Shown here: piece by piece, positions 26,800 through 36,578 of the stretch
Position numbering within the stretch: the first letter of the stretch is position 1
How the letters are laid out: every line of letters starts with the position of its first letter
Source: Bordetella parapertussis
Lineage (GTDB): Bacteria > Pseudomonadota > Gammaproteobacteria > Burkholderiales > SG8-41
Direction of reading: 5' to 3'
Length of the DNA stretch: 42,596 nucleotides
NCBI GenBank assembly: GCA_945865805.1
Contig: CAMBGJ010000002.1
Location: 1-42,596 of the forward strand
Position numbers and translations under genes: made by a program
Notes under the pieces: model-generated
Told to the model about the DNA's origin: nothing
Seen by the model: only the letters and a program-made list of their open reading frames with translations
Database searches by the model: none

Positions 26800-27846
26800 T
26801 CATTTAGCAGGCGCAGATGCCGCGGCAGACGCAGACGCTGCCGCGCACCAGCGGAAGTTGTTGGGATCCCGAACCTGTCCAGGGCCACACTTGTCCACGC
26901 ATGTGCGGACAGTGGCGCCCTGTGTAGGAGAGTGCGTATACGGTTCTTTCCCAGGCGGGCAACCATTGGAAATTGCGGTCTGTACAGGATCACCACAAGC
27001 GTCCAGCACATTCTTAAATGGCACGGCACATGTCGAGCTGCTACCCTGACTCAAGGGCACAGCGAAACTCACCACGCTATCGGTGAGCAAAGCACTACTT
27101 TCATCTCGTGCCACGGCCTCAACCGGGGCAAGCAGACCGCCCGATGACAACGCGCGATCCACGGAACTCGCGCCTTCAGAGGCGCTGAGATCATGAAAGC
27201 GCACAAAGGCGACGTAATGTTGCTGCGAGTTGGCGCGGCGCCAATCGAGAATGAGTGCTTGAAGCGTGCGAATGGAATTCGCGGGAATAAACCGCTCCGC
27301 GAGCGCCAGAATTTGCAGTTCGAGCAAACGCAGCGCCAACGCCACCCGATTGGCCTCGCGCTGATCCACTTGGGGCCCGCCCCCGGCTTCCCATACCATG
27401 CGCTGCAAGGACACCATCACGATCAAATCACGGAGTGCATTCAGCGGCACGGGTTCACTGGCGATGGCAACCGCGGACGAAACATACATGACCTTGGTGG
27501 CCTGCAAGTTCGCTCGCGCCTGTGCATCCGATGCAGCCGCCACGCCTTCGTCAGCGGCTTGCGCAACGCGTTCCATATAACGATCCACAAACGTAAAAAG
27601 CTCGCGCTGAAGATCCAATTGTGTAAGTTTGGCTGGACCTGATGCAGAAGCGGACATGCTTGGAAGCAAGCCCGCTTTGTTATTGTCACGAACGGCTGCT
27701 ATCTCACCATTGGGACGGCGATCCGCTTGGCGCGGCGGCACCGCGCAAGCCGTTAACACCATGCCAACGGCGCATATCAGTAGCACACGAAAAAGCAATG
27801 CCATGGCCGAGGATGCCGTAGTGACGCGTTTGCTGTAGTCGTGCAT
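26800..27846 (-). CDS. Hypothetical lipoprotein with a Cys-rich C-terminal tail
   Basis: 348 aa. A strong RBS (aggag) lies 8 nt upstream of ATG 27846. The lipobox is VLTAC. The C-terminal ~80 aa hold 6 Cys (CAVPFKNVLDACGD..NGCPPG..TCVDKCGPG..WC). I recognise no family. Confidence 0.65.
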   Translation of the reverse strand: MHDYSKRVTTASSAMALLFRVLLICAVGMVLTACAVPPRQADRRPNGEIAAVRDNNKAGLLPSMSASASGPAKLTQLDLQRELFTFVDRYMERVAQAADEGVAAASDAQARANLQATKVMYVSSAVAIASEPVPLNALRDLIVMVSLQRMVWEAGGGPQVDQREANRVALALRLLELQILALAERFIPANSIRTLQALILDWRRANSQQHYVAFVRFHDLSASEGASSVDRALSSGGLLAPVEAVARDESSALLTDSVVSFAVPLSQGSSSTCAVPFKNVLDACGDPVQTAISNGCPPGKEPYTHSPTQGATVRTCVDKCGPGQVRDPNNFRWCAAASASAAASAPAK

Positions 27847-27900
27847 TCATTGCTCCTATCGAGTGCGGGAAGATTATGGATCACCTGCGGCGAATAGTGT

Positions 27901-29076
27901 TCAAGCGTCCCTGGCCGATGCCACCGGGCGGCCCCACAGTCTTAACCATACTAAACCGCATACTGCCGCGACCGCCGATGCAAATAAAATGGCCATTTTT
28001 GATGCGTTGATTATTTCAGGACTGCCTGAAAAAGCGAGATTGGTAATAAATATCGACATGGTAAAACCGATGCCACCCAGAACGCCGGCGCCCGCGATGT
28101 GCGTCCATTTCAAGTCCGGTGGCAAGCGGCAGACGCCGCTTGCCACCGCCACGAAGCAGAGCAGCACCACGCCCAGCGGCTTGCCGAGAACGAGACCCGC
28201 GGCAATGCCGAGACTGTTGGCGCTAGCGAGGTGTTCAAACCAATCCACCTGCACCACGATGCCGGTGTTGGCCAACGCAAAAATCGGCAGAATCATGAAT
28301 GCCACGGGTTTGTGCAGTCCATGCTCCAGTTGGTACGAGGGTGAACGCGCATCGTCGTCTTTCACGGTAAACGGAATGGCAAAGGCCAGCATCACGCCGG
28401 CGATGGTCGCGTGCACGCCTGACTTCAGCATGAAAAACCACATCAGCGCCCCGCCCAGTAGGTAGGGCCACAGGCGCATGACGCGCAATCGCAGATTCAA
28501 CACCAGCAGCAGCCCCCACACCGCCAGGGCCGCCGCCAGATAGCCCACCGAGAGCTGCGTGGTGTAGAACACCGCGATGATAATGATCGCACCCAGATCA
28601 TCGATCACGGCAAACGCCACCACGAAGATTTTTAACGAGGCGGGTATGCGACTGCCCAGCAGCGCCAGCACCCCCAGCGCAAACGCGATATCGGTCGCCA
28701 TCGGGATACCGATGCCGGCTTGCGTCGGCGTACCCGCATTGAGCGAAAAATGGATCCATGCTGGAACCGCCATGCCGCCGATGGCCGCGAATATCGGCAG
28801 TAATGCGCTTCTGATGTTCGATAATTCGCCGACGTAAAGCTCGCGCTCCAGTTCCAGCCCTATCAGCAGGAAAAACACCGCCATCAGCGCGTCGTTGATC
28901 CAGTGCTCGACACTGAGACCGGCAACGGAAATTTGCCAAAACCGCAGATACTCGCCGCCCAGGGGTGAATTGGCGATAGCAATCGACGCCAGCGTGCAGA
29001 CAATCAGCAGTAATCCGCCGGATTTCTCTGAATTGAAAAACGCATCGAATGTCTTCGATAACGGCACCGGCATCAT
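27901..29076 (-). CDS. nhaA: Na+/H+ antiporter NhaA
   Basis: 391 aa with [21 protein letters not shown]-type motif (here [23 protein letters not shown]), [12 protein letters not shown] and [10 protein letters not shown]. Confidence 0.95.
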   Translation of the reverse strand: [391 protein letters not shown]

Positions 29077-29089
29077 GTCCGCAAATTTG

Positions 29090-30583
29090 TTAATCGGATT
29101 TCTTTAGGGGCGCCGTTGCCGGCGGCGCATACCATTCCGACTCCGGCACGGTCTTGGGCTTGGCGGGATCGAGGTAATAGTGCGGCGACATGATTTGCAC
29201 GCCGTTCTTATTGAAGACATCCTGAATCAACGCGTGCAAATCACTGGTGACGCGCGCCCGCGTGGCGGGTTTATCGGCGCTTACGTAAGTCACCAGCTTG
29301 TAGGCCACATAAAAATCCGACAATGCCGTTTGCACCACATACGGAACCGGGTCGCGCGCAATTTCTGGGAGCGTATGCGCGGCTTCCAGCAACATGGCAT
29401 GCACCTGCCGCCACGGCGCATCGTAGCCGATGGTGATGGTGGTATCGAGTACGAATCCCGAGCCCGGTCCCGACCGTGAAAAATTTCTCGTCACATTCGC
29501 CAACACCAGCGCGTTGGGCAGCGCCACTTCCTCGCCCAGTCCGGTGCGCAACCGCGTCACCAGCAAGCCCAGCTCCGTAACCGTGCCTTCGGTCGCCTGA
29601 ATGCGCACGTAATCACCCAGCGATAATGCACGGGTATAGACCAGCATGATGCCGCTGGCCATTTGTCCTATCAGGCCCGATGCGCCGATGGAAACCATCA
29701 AACCGACGATCACCGATAAGCCCTTAAACGCTTCGGTATGCGCCCCGGGCAAGTACGGATAGGCCATGGCCAGCGCAAACAGCCACAATGATGCATTCAT
29801 GATCCGGCGCGTGGCTGGCGCGGTATGCGCATCCAGCATCCCCAGCTTGAGCTGACCTGTCGCGATCTGGTTAAACAATTCTGAGGACACTTGCGTGAAG
29901 CTCCAGGCAACAAGAAAAATGATCGCCGCGATAAATAGGCCGGGTATAGCGCCTGCGACCGATCCCGTCACTTGTGCCAGCAGGTTTGTCAGTGACTGCG
30001 ACAATCCCTCGCTGATCGACCGAGTGTGGGCAAATTGATCTAGGCTGTACACGAAAAACAGAAACACAATCGTCAATGCCAGTAGCCACCCTGCCGCCAG
30101 GCAACCGCGCGAAGCCAGCCCGAGTAGTAATTCAGCCACCTTCGATCCGACGCCCGCTCCCGGCAAGCGATGCACGCGCACCGCTAACCGGGCAATGAGG
30201 GTGACGCGCATCCGACGCGCCGCCTTTACGATGAGCATTAATCCGGTCAACAAAAAAACCAGCGCCAGCGTTACCTTCATCGCCGCGCCCACGGCTGCGC
30301 GCGGGTCACGGCGCTCTTGCGCCTCGCGCCACACCTGTTGCAGCGTGCGGGACGCATCGTTCGCCAGTTCATGCGGGGTTTCATCCGCGAGCTTGCGCGC
30401 GTCGCCGGAAAGCACTACGAACATGGGCTTGCCGTCCAGTTCAACGGACACCCCGAGCTCCGTCAGTTTTATCGAAGTCCAGCCCTCTCCGGGGCTTTCC
30501 AGCGCTTTCAATATGCGCTGCCGCGCGCCTTCCGCGCGCTCGGCCGGAGAATAAGCCCCCAGCGGAGCACGAAACACATGCAC
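29090..30583 (-). CDS. MscS-family mechanosensitive channel protein. The N-terminal signal peptide may be lost to a frameshift.
   Basis: 497 aa from GTG 30583. The MscS beta-domain is LGDYVRIQATEGTVTELGLLVTRLRTGLGEEVALPN. A signal-peptide-like ORF (M)RIAACLLALMALLVTA starts at GTG 30680 in another frame. Confidence 0.8.
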   Translation of the reverse strand: MHVFRAPLGAYSPAERAEGARQRILKALESPGEGWTSIKLTELGVSVELDGKPMFVVLSGDARKLADETPHELANDASRTLQQVWREAQERRDPRAAVGAAMKVTLALVFLLTGLMLIVKAARRMRVTLIARLAVRVHRLPGAGVGSKVAELLLGLASRGCLAAGWLLALTIVFLFFVYSLDQFAHTRSISEGLSQSLTNLLAQVTGSVAGAIPGLFIAAIIFLVAWSFTQVSSELFNQIATGQLKLGMLDAHTAPATRRIMNASLWLFALAMAYPYLPGAHTEAFKGLSVIVGLMVSIGASGLIGQMASGIMLVYTRALSLGDYVRIQATEGTVTELGLLVTRLRTGLGEEVALPNALVLANVTRNFSRSGPGSGFVLDTTITIGYDAPWRQVHAMLLEAAHTLPEIARDPVPYVVQTALSDFYVAYKLVTYVSADKPATRARVTSDLHALIQDVFNKNGVQIMSPHYYLDPAKPKTVPESEWYAPPATAPLKKSD

Positions 30584-31040
30584 TACCCGCTGCCCGAACG
30601 CGAGGGGCGCGTGCGCACCGGCCGTTGTCTGCCGTTACCAGCAGCGCCATCAATGCGAGAAGGCAAGCTGCGATACGCACTCGTATATATGGCAAGGATT
30701 CAAGTCGCTGGTCAGATAGGTGCATAGGACAGTGGAAAACTCGACGCATCTCGGGGATTTGTGTGGATTAGATCATAGCCAAACAAGGCGGCAAAATAAT
30801 ATATTTACGTCGAACCTCACGCACGATGCGGCACCAGAATTGCCGTATACACAGATTTCACACCCCTGCTTTTCGGCAATCCGGTATCCTTGGCCCTGCT
30901 ATCCCTACACGCAATATTGCTGTCACGCCATCTGCGCGGATTCATGATAGGTATTTGTTTTTATTGTGTTTTTAAAAATACGTCATTGCGCTGCAACATC
31001 TTTTCTGAAATAATCCGCCGTCACTTCCCAAGGGTTCGCC

Positions 31041-31631
31041 ATGGCTCAAAATTCGGCTCAAAAATTGCGTCTGATTAAAAAATATCCGAATCGCCGACTC
31101 TACGACACCGAGACCAGCACCTACATTACGCTGTCCGATGTCAAAAAACTGGTGCTCGATAACACCGGGTTCCGCGTGGAAGACGCCAAAACCAAGGAAG
31201 ACCTGACCCGCAGCATTTTGCTGCAAATCATTCTCGAAGAAGAAACCGTCGGCGCGCCGATGTTTTCCAGCGACATGCTGTCGCAGATCATCCGTTTTTA
31301 TGGCAACGCCATGCAGGGCATGATGGGCAACTTCCTGGAAAAAAACGTGCACACCTTCATGGATATCCAGAAGCGCGTGCAGGAGCAATCCAGTCAGATT
31401 TACGGTGCCAACCCCATGCTCAACACCGAAGCCTGGAATGAATTCATCAAAATGCAGGGCCCGGCGATGCAGGGTCTGATGGGCCGTTATCTCGAACAAA
31501 GCGCCAACGCCTTTGTCGACATGCAAAAGCAGATGCAAAACCAGACGCGTAATATGTTCGGTGGCTTTCCGTTTGCGGGCTTTGGTGGTGCGGGTGTGCC
31601 GCCTAAGGATGGCGGCGAGAATAAGAGCTGA
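31041..31631 (+). CDS. phaR: Polyhydroxyalkanoate synthesis repressor PhaR
   Basis: 196 aa with the N-terminus LIKKYPNRRLYDTETSTYITLSDVKKLV, which is diagnostic of PhaR. Confidence 0.95.
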   Translation: MAQNSAQKLRLIKKYPNRRLYDTETSTYITLSDVKKLVLDNTGFRVEDAKTKEDLTRSILLQIILEEETVGAPMFSSDMLSQIIRFYGNAMQGMMGNFLEKNVHTFMDIQKRVQEQSSQIYGANPMLNTEAWNEFIKMQGPAMQGLMGRYLEQSANAFVDMQKQMQNQTRNMFGGFPFAGFGGAGVPPKDGGENKS

Positions 31632-31709
31632 TTGCCTTAATTCCACAGCCAGCAAGAATCACGCAGCGCCAGTCTGCAAAGCGCGTTGCACGTATCGCTC
31701 AGTGAAACA

Positions 31710-31730
31710 CCTTCCCCGTCAGGGGGAAGG
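31710..31730. repeat. 8-bp perfect hairpin (ccttcccc-gtcag-ggggaagg). It is either an R1-type half element or a phaR terminator stem lacking a T-tract.
   Basis: Seen directly. It lies 79 bp downstream of the phaR stop and upstream of rimO. Confidence 0.5.
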
Positions 31731-31778
31731 CACTTCCATTGAGGCGAAAATTCGTTTTACCGATGCAGTAAGGACCCC

Positions 31779-33110
31779 ATGCCCACCAAAAAAGTCGGAT
31801 TCGTCTCACTAGGCTGCCCCAAGGCACTGGTCGATTCCGAACGCATCCTGACGCAGCTGCGCGCGGAAGGCTATCTGATATCGCCGTCGTACAACGATGC
31901 CGATCTGGTGGTGGTCAACACCTGCGGCTTTATCGATTCGGCGGTGGAGGAATCGCTCGACGCCATCGGCGAGGCGCTGGCCGAAAATGGCAAGGTGATT
32001 GTCACTGGCTGCCTCGGCGCCAAGGGCGATATTGTCAAACAAACTCACCCGAAAGTACTCGCCGTGACTGGCCCGCACGCCACCGATGAGGTGATGCGTG
32101 CGGTGCACAAGCATCTACCGCATAAACACGATCCGCACGTCGATCTGGTGCCGCCACCGCGTGATATTGGTGTCAAACTCACGCCCAAACACTACGCCTA
32201 TCTGAAAATCGCGGAGGGCTGCAATCATCGCTGCACTTTTTGCATTATTCCCTCGATGCGTGGCGATCTGGTCAGCCGTCCGATTGGCGATGTGATGCAG
32301 GAAGCCGACAACCTCGTCAAAGCCGGTGTGAAGGAACTGCTGGTGATTTCGCAGGACACCAGCGCCTATGGCGTGGATATCAAATACCGCACCGGCTTCT
32401 GGGGCGGCAAGCCGATCAAGACGCGTATGACAGCGTTGGCGCAGGCGCTGGGCGAGTTGGGCGTCTGGGTACGATTGCATTACGTGTATCCGTATCCGCA
32501 TGTGGACGAGGTCATTCCGCTGATGGCGGAGCACCAGGGTAAGGGCGGAATCCTGCCCTATCTCGACGTGCCGTTTCAGCACGCCAGTCCGCGCATTTTG
32601 AAATTGATGAGGCGCCCCGCCAACAGCGAAAACACGCTGGCGCGCATCAAAGCGTGGCGCGCGATGTGCCCCGAACTCACCATACGCAGCACCTTCATCG
32701 CAGGCTTTCCCGGCGAAACCGAAGCGGAGTTTGAAGAACTGCTGGCGTTTCTCGATGAAGCGCAACTCGATCGCGTCGGCTGCTTTGCCTATTCGCCGGT
32801 GGAAGGCGCCACCGCCAACGCCCTGCCCCACCCGGTGCCGGACGATGTGCGTGAAGACCGCCGCGCGCGTTTCATGCAACGGCAGGAAAAAATCAGCAAG
32901 GCGCGGCTGAAAAACAAGATCGGCCAGACCATGACTGTACTGGTTGATGCCAATGACGGCAAAAAAGCCGTCGCGCGCAGCAGCGCCGACGCGCCCGAGA
33001 TCGACGGCAGCGTGTTCATAGCCAAGCCGGGCAATCTTAAACCGGGCGATTTCGTGCAAGTCAAAATCACCCGCGCGGATGCCCACGATATACACGGCAC
33101 TATCGATTAA
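31779..33110 (+). CDS. rimO: Ribosomal protein S12 methylthiotransferase RimO (radical SAM)
   Basis: 443 aa. Motifs: [13 protein letters not shown], the radical-SAM motif [11 protein letters not shown], and a C-terminal TRAM domain. Confidence 0.95.
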   Translation: MPTKKVGFVSLGCPKALVDSERILTQLRAEGYLISPSYNDADLVVVNTCGFIDSAVEESLDAIGEALAENGKVIVTGCLGAKGDIVKQTHPKVLAVTGPHATDEVMRAVHKHLPHKHDPHVDLVPPPRDIGVKLTPKHYAYLKIAEGCNHRCTFCIIPSMRGDLVSRPIGDVMQEADNLVKAGVKELLVISQDTSAYGVDIKYRTGFWGGKPIKTRMTALAQALGELGVWVRLHYVYPYPHVDEVIPLMAEHQGKGGILPYLDVPFQHASPRILKLMRRPANSENTLARIKAWRAMCPELTIRSTFIAGFPGETEAEFEELLAFLDEAQLDRVGCFAYSPVEGATANALPHPVPDDVREDRRARFMQRQEKISKARLKNKIGQTMTVLVDANDGKKAVARSSADAPEIDGSVFIAKPGNLKPGDFVQVKITRADAHDIHGTID

Positions 33111-33131
33111 CTCCGTTAAAAACAAATCCTT

Positions 33132-33524
33132 ATGATCGAACGTCTGTTGCAATGGGCAAAACACCTCAAAGCGCAGGCGGTGACGTTATGGTTTTGTTAC
33201 CGCGACCCGCGCACGCCGCTGGTCGCCAAAATTCTGGCCGTCGGCGTAGTCGCTTATGCCTTCAGCCCGATTGATCTGATCCCCGATTTCATTCCGGTAT
33301 TGGGGCTGCTCGACGAAGCGATTCTGCTGCCCATCGGCATCTGGCTCACGCTGAAATTCGTCCCCGCGCCGGTGCTCGAAGACTGCCGCAACAAGGCGGC
33401 GCAGTGGGTCGCCGAAAAACATGGCAAACCGCGCAACTGGCTGGGGGCTGCCATCATCATCGTTATGTGGATCGCTGCGGCATGGCTCGCGTGGGCGCTC
33501 TACCACCGCTGGTTTATCGCCTGA
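33132..33524 (+). CDS. YkvA/DUF1232-family membrane protein
   Basis: 130 aa with the motif YAFSPIDLIPDFIPVLGLLDE. Confidence 0.8.
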   Translation: MIERLLQWAKHLKAQAVTLWFCYRDPRTPLVAKILAVGVVAYAFSPIDLIPDFIPVLGLLDEAILLPIGIWLTLKFVPAPVLEDCRNKAAQWVAEKHGKPRNWLGAAIIIVMWIAAAWLAWALYHRWFIA

Positions 33525-33557
33525 CCTGTCCCACACGGCAGTTATAATCCAGTCATC

Positions 33558-34913
33558 ATGGCTCTTCGACGCCCCCGTTTCAAACGGCCCAAATTCGAGC
33601 GCGCGGCCTGGCGCGAATGGCTGATCATTGTCCTGCCCGCTGTGGTGCTGATCGCGGCTGCGTTCTACATTACCTCACGCTTCGTGCAACCGGCGCCGCC
33701 GAAGAGCATCACCATCACCACCGGCGGGGAAAGCGGCGCTTATTACAAATTCGCCCAGCGCTACCGCACCGCGCTCAAACGTGACGGCATCGATCTGGCG
33801 ATCAAGCCTTCTGCCGGTTCGTTGCAAAATCTCACGCGACTGCGTGGTGCTACGCCCGAAGCCAGCATCGCTTTCGTATAGGGCGGCACCACCGAGCCGG
33901 AAGACTCCAACAACCTGCTCTCGCTCGGCCGCATGTTCTATGAACCGCTGTGGGTATTCCATCGCCTGCCCGCGGATATCGACCGCCTGACGCCGCTCAC
34001 CGGCAAGCGCATCGCGGTGGGCCCGGCGGGCAGCGGCACGCGGCATCTCGCGCTGCAACTGCTGGCGGCCAGTGAAGTCACCGCCGACAACGCCACGCTG
34101 GCCGAAATTCCGGGCAAGGCCGCTGCCGAGGCGTTGCTCGCCGGCGAAATTGACGCCGCCTTTTTTGTCGCCGCACCAGACGCGGAACTGGTGCAGCAAA
34201 TGCTGCGTACACCCGGTATCCGGCTGGCGAGTTTTTCGCAGGCCGAGGCTTATGCACGACGTTTTCCGTGGCTCGCGCGCATCGTGCTGCACAAGGGCGT
34301 GATCGACTTCGCGAAAAACATTCCGGAGCGCGACATTGAGCTGGTGGCTGCGGTTGCGCTGCTGGCGGTGCGCGATGACGTGCATCCGGCGTTGCAATTC
34401 GCCCTGGCGCAGGCCGCCGCCGAGGTGCACCGCATTCCGGGCATTTTCAACGCTGACAATCATTTCCCGCAATCGCAAGGCACCGAGCTGCCGATGAGTA
34501 CGGTGGCTGAGCGCTTTCATAAATCCGGCGCGCCATTTTTTCAGCGCTATTTGCCATTCTGGGTGGCAGTGTGGATGGACCGGCTGTTCGTGTTGCTGAT
34601 TCCCATCGTCACGATATTAGTGCCAGTCATCAAATTCGCGCCGATGCTGTTCGGCTGGCGCATCCGCAAGCGCCTGTGGCACTGGTACGACGAACTGAAA
34701 AAACTGGAAGCCGCCATGAGCGAGGCGCCGCAGGATCACGAAAAACATCTCGCGGAAATCGACCGCATCGAGGACGCCGTCTCCGGCATACCGATTCCGC
34801 TGGAGTATTCGGAATCGTATTACAACCTGCGCGCGCACGTGGAGTTCGTGCAGCGGCGGCTTGACCTGCAGGGGCCGTCCGAACCGGCACCTGCGACGGA
34901 AGCTACGGTATAA
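33558..34913 (+). pseudogene. TAXI-family TRAP-type solute receptor-like protein (membrane-anchored) interrupted by a single in-frame TAG at 33879-33881
   Basis: ORFs 33558..33881 and 33933..34913 share one frame. The junction reads ..EASIAFV*GGTTEPED... From memory (not verified), homologues have ..AFVQGG.. at this position, so CAG to TAG is the simplest change. Confidence 0.75.
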
Positions 34914-35853
34914 ACACGCCCCACGGCATCTCGCCGACCTTGATGTCGCTCACCTTGTCGAGCGTGCCGGTATCGATGACGCTGACGGTGTTCGAGCGGC
35001 CATTGGCGACATAGAGTTTTTTGCCGTCGGCGGTGATGGCCATGTTCCACGGACGGTCGCCCACCTTGATGGTTTTGGTGATCTTGTTGCTGGCGACATC
35101 GATCACGCTCACCGTGCCGTCCGCGCCGTTGGAGACAAACACCAGCTTGCCGCCGGGATGCACCGCCACGCCGTTGGAACGCACGCCCGCCGGGATGCTC
35201 GCGACGACCTTGTGCGACGACACGTCGATGGCATACACGCGGTTGGCAAGCTCGCACGCGACGTAGGCGAATTTGCCGTCCGGCGTAAAGCCGATACCGC
35301 GCGGCCGTTTGCCGACTTTAATCGTCGTGTGCACCTTGCGAGTGGCAACATCGATCACGTCCACCACTTCGGATTCTTCCGCGCTGACGTAAACCCATTT
35401 TCCGTCGCGGCTGAATACCGCGTGCTCTGGGTTTTCGCCTTCGGTTTTCACCTGAAACTCGCGCTTGCCGGTGGCAGTGTTGATAAAGTGCACCGAGTTG
35501 TCTTCTTCAACGGCCACGGCCAGCAGCTTGCCGTCCGGCGAGCGATACACACCCTCGGGTGATTCACCCAGATCAATCAGGCCGGTGACCTTGCGCGCAG
35601 CGATGTCGATCAACTGCAACGCGTTGGCCGGCTGGTCGCTCACATAGAGCACCTTGCCATCACGCGACGCCGCCATGCCGCGCGGACGCTTACCGGCGGG
35701 AAACGTCGCCACCACACTGTCGTTGGCGACATCGATCACCGAAATATTGCCGGACCGCTCGTTGGCCACATAAGCAAACGGCGCCGCTTGCAATGCCGTG
35801 GCAGATAATGTGATGGCGGCCCACAGTGCCGCGCGGATCAGTCGATGGCCCAT
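34903..35853 (-). CDS. YVTN-family beta-propeller repeat protein (PQQ-catabolism-associated propeller type), secreted
   Basis: 316 aa with a signal peptide (..TALQAAPFAYV). It has repeated ~40-aa units: YVANERSGNISVIDVA, YVSDQPANALQLIDIA, YVACELANRVYAIDVS and YVANGRSNTVSVIDT. Confidence 0.85.
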   Translation of the reverse strand: MGHRLIRAALWAAITLSATALQAAPFAYVANERSGNISVIDVANDSVVATFPAGKRPRGMAASRDGKVLYVSDQPANALQLIDIAARKVTGLIDLGESPEGVYRSPDGKLLAVAVEEDNSVHFINTATGKREFQVKTEGENPEHAVFSRDGKWVYVSAEESEVVDVIDVATRKVHTTIKVGKRPRGIGFTPDGKFAYVACELANRVYAIDVSSHKVVASIPAGVRSNGVAVHPGGKLVFVSNGADGTVSVIDVASNKITKTIKVGDRPWNMAITADGKKLYVANGRSNTVSVIDTGTLDKVSDIKVGEMPWGVFIP

Positions 35854-35907
35854 ACGAATTCCCCTCTTGATTATTTTAAAAATCTATTTAAAAACAAATA
35901 CTTATGA

Positions 35908-36507
35908 TTAATTGGCCTTGCGCGGCGCCTGCTTCGCGCGCGCATTGGTTTCCTTGATTTTCTCTGGCGTCATTTGCTCGGCCGCTGGCGCGCGCAGCGC
36001 CATGCCGTCGATGTAGCCGTTTTGCGCCGCTGCCGTCAGCCAATAATAAGCCGCAACCGGGTCTTTACCCACGCCGCTGCCCGCCAGATAAAACCGCCCC
36101 AAATTCAACTGGGCGATGCCGACACCCTGCTCCGACGCCTTTAAAAACCACTCGGCGGCTCGTTGCATGTCGCGCGCCACACCGCGCCCATCCTTGTAAT
36201 AAATCGCCAGTTCCGACTGCGCCTCTGCGTGCCCCTGCTCCGCCGCCGCGCGAAATCCTTTTGCCGCAACCGCGTGATCACGTTCGGCACCCCAGCCAAA
36301 CTTATGCATCACCGCCACGCGGTATTGCGCCTCCGCAACGCCCTGCGCCGCCGCTGGTTGATAGAGCTTATAGGCCGCCGCATAGTCCTCCTTATCAAAC
36401 GCCGCGCGCGCCGCATCGCCTTGCGCGTGTACCAGCGCTGGCACCGCGCACAAAAATCCTGCTACCCCCACGGCCATCGCCCCCAGCCACTTTACACCTG
36501 GTTTCAT
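35908..36507 (-). CDS. Sel1-like repeat (SLR) protein, secreted
   Basis: The ORF is 35908..36531. I place the start at ATG 36507, preceded by aggagg. It has a signal peptide and 4 or so Sel1 repeats (A..W..KAAEQG...AQ..LG..Y..G.GV). Confidence 0.8.
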   Translation of the reverse strand: MKPGVKWLGAMAVGVAGFLCAVPALVHAQGDAARAAFDKEDYAAAYKLYQPAAAQGVAEAQYRVAVMHKFGWGAERDHAVAAKGFRAAAEQGHAEAQSELAIYYKDGRGVARDMQRAAEWFLKASEQGVGIAQLNLGRFYLAGSGVGKDPVAAYYWLTAAAQNGYIDGMALRAPAAEQMTPEKIKETNARAKQAPRKAN

Positions 36508-36578
36508 GCCACCCCTCCTGACTCGCTCCAACCGCTTGCCCCTTGCGAGAACGCTCCGGTATTAGTATAACTTGCGCC

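Noticed and set aside
26800-26802. Selenocysteine recoding of the TGA that ends the lipoprotein ORF.
   Set aside because: I could not identify a SECIS-like stem-loop immediately downstream. The sequence context (..APAK-TGA-GDTQ..) does not resemble a redox CxxU motif. No sel genes are in the window.
24174-30583. A type II secretion or type IV pilus gene cluster.
   Set aside because: Only the ATPase is present. No platform protein, pilin or pseudopilin, secretin or prepilin peptidase ORF can be found in any frame nearby.
30990-31002. A small palindrome, TTGC-gct-GCAA, about 40 bp upstream of phaR, as a possible PhaR autoregulatory operator.
   Set aside because: It is only a 4+4 bp palindrome, which is expected often by chance. 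I cannot match it confidently to a defined PhaR operator consensus from memory.
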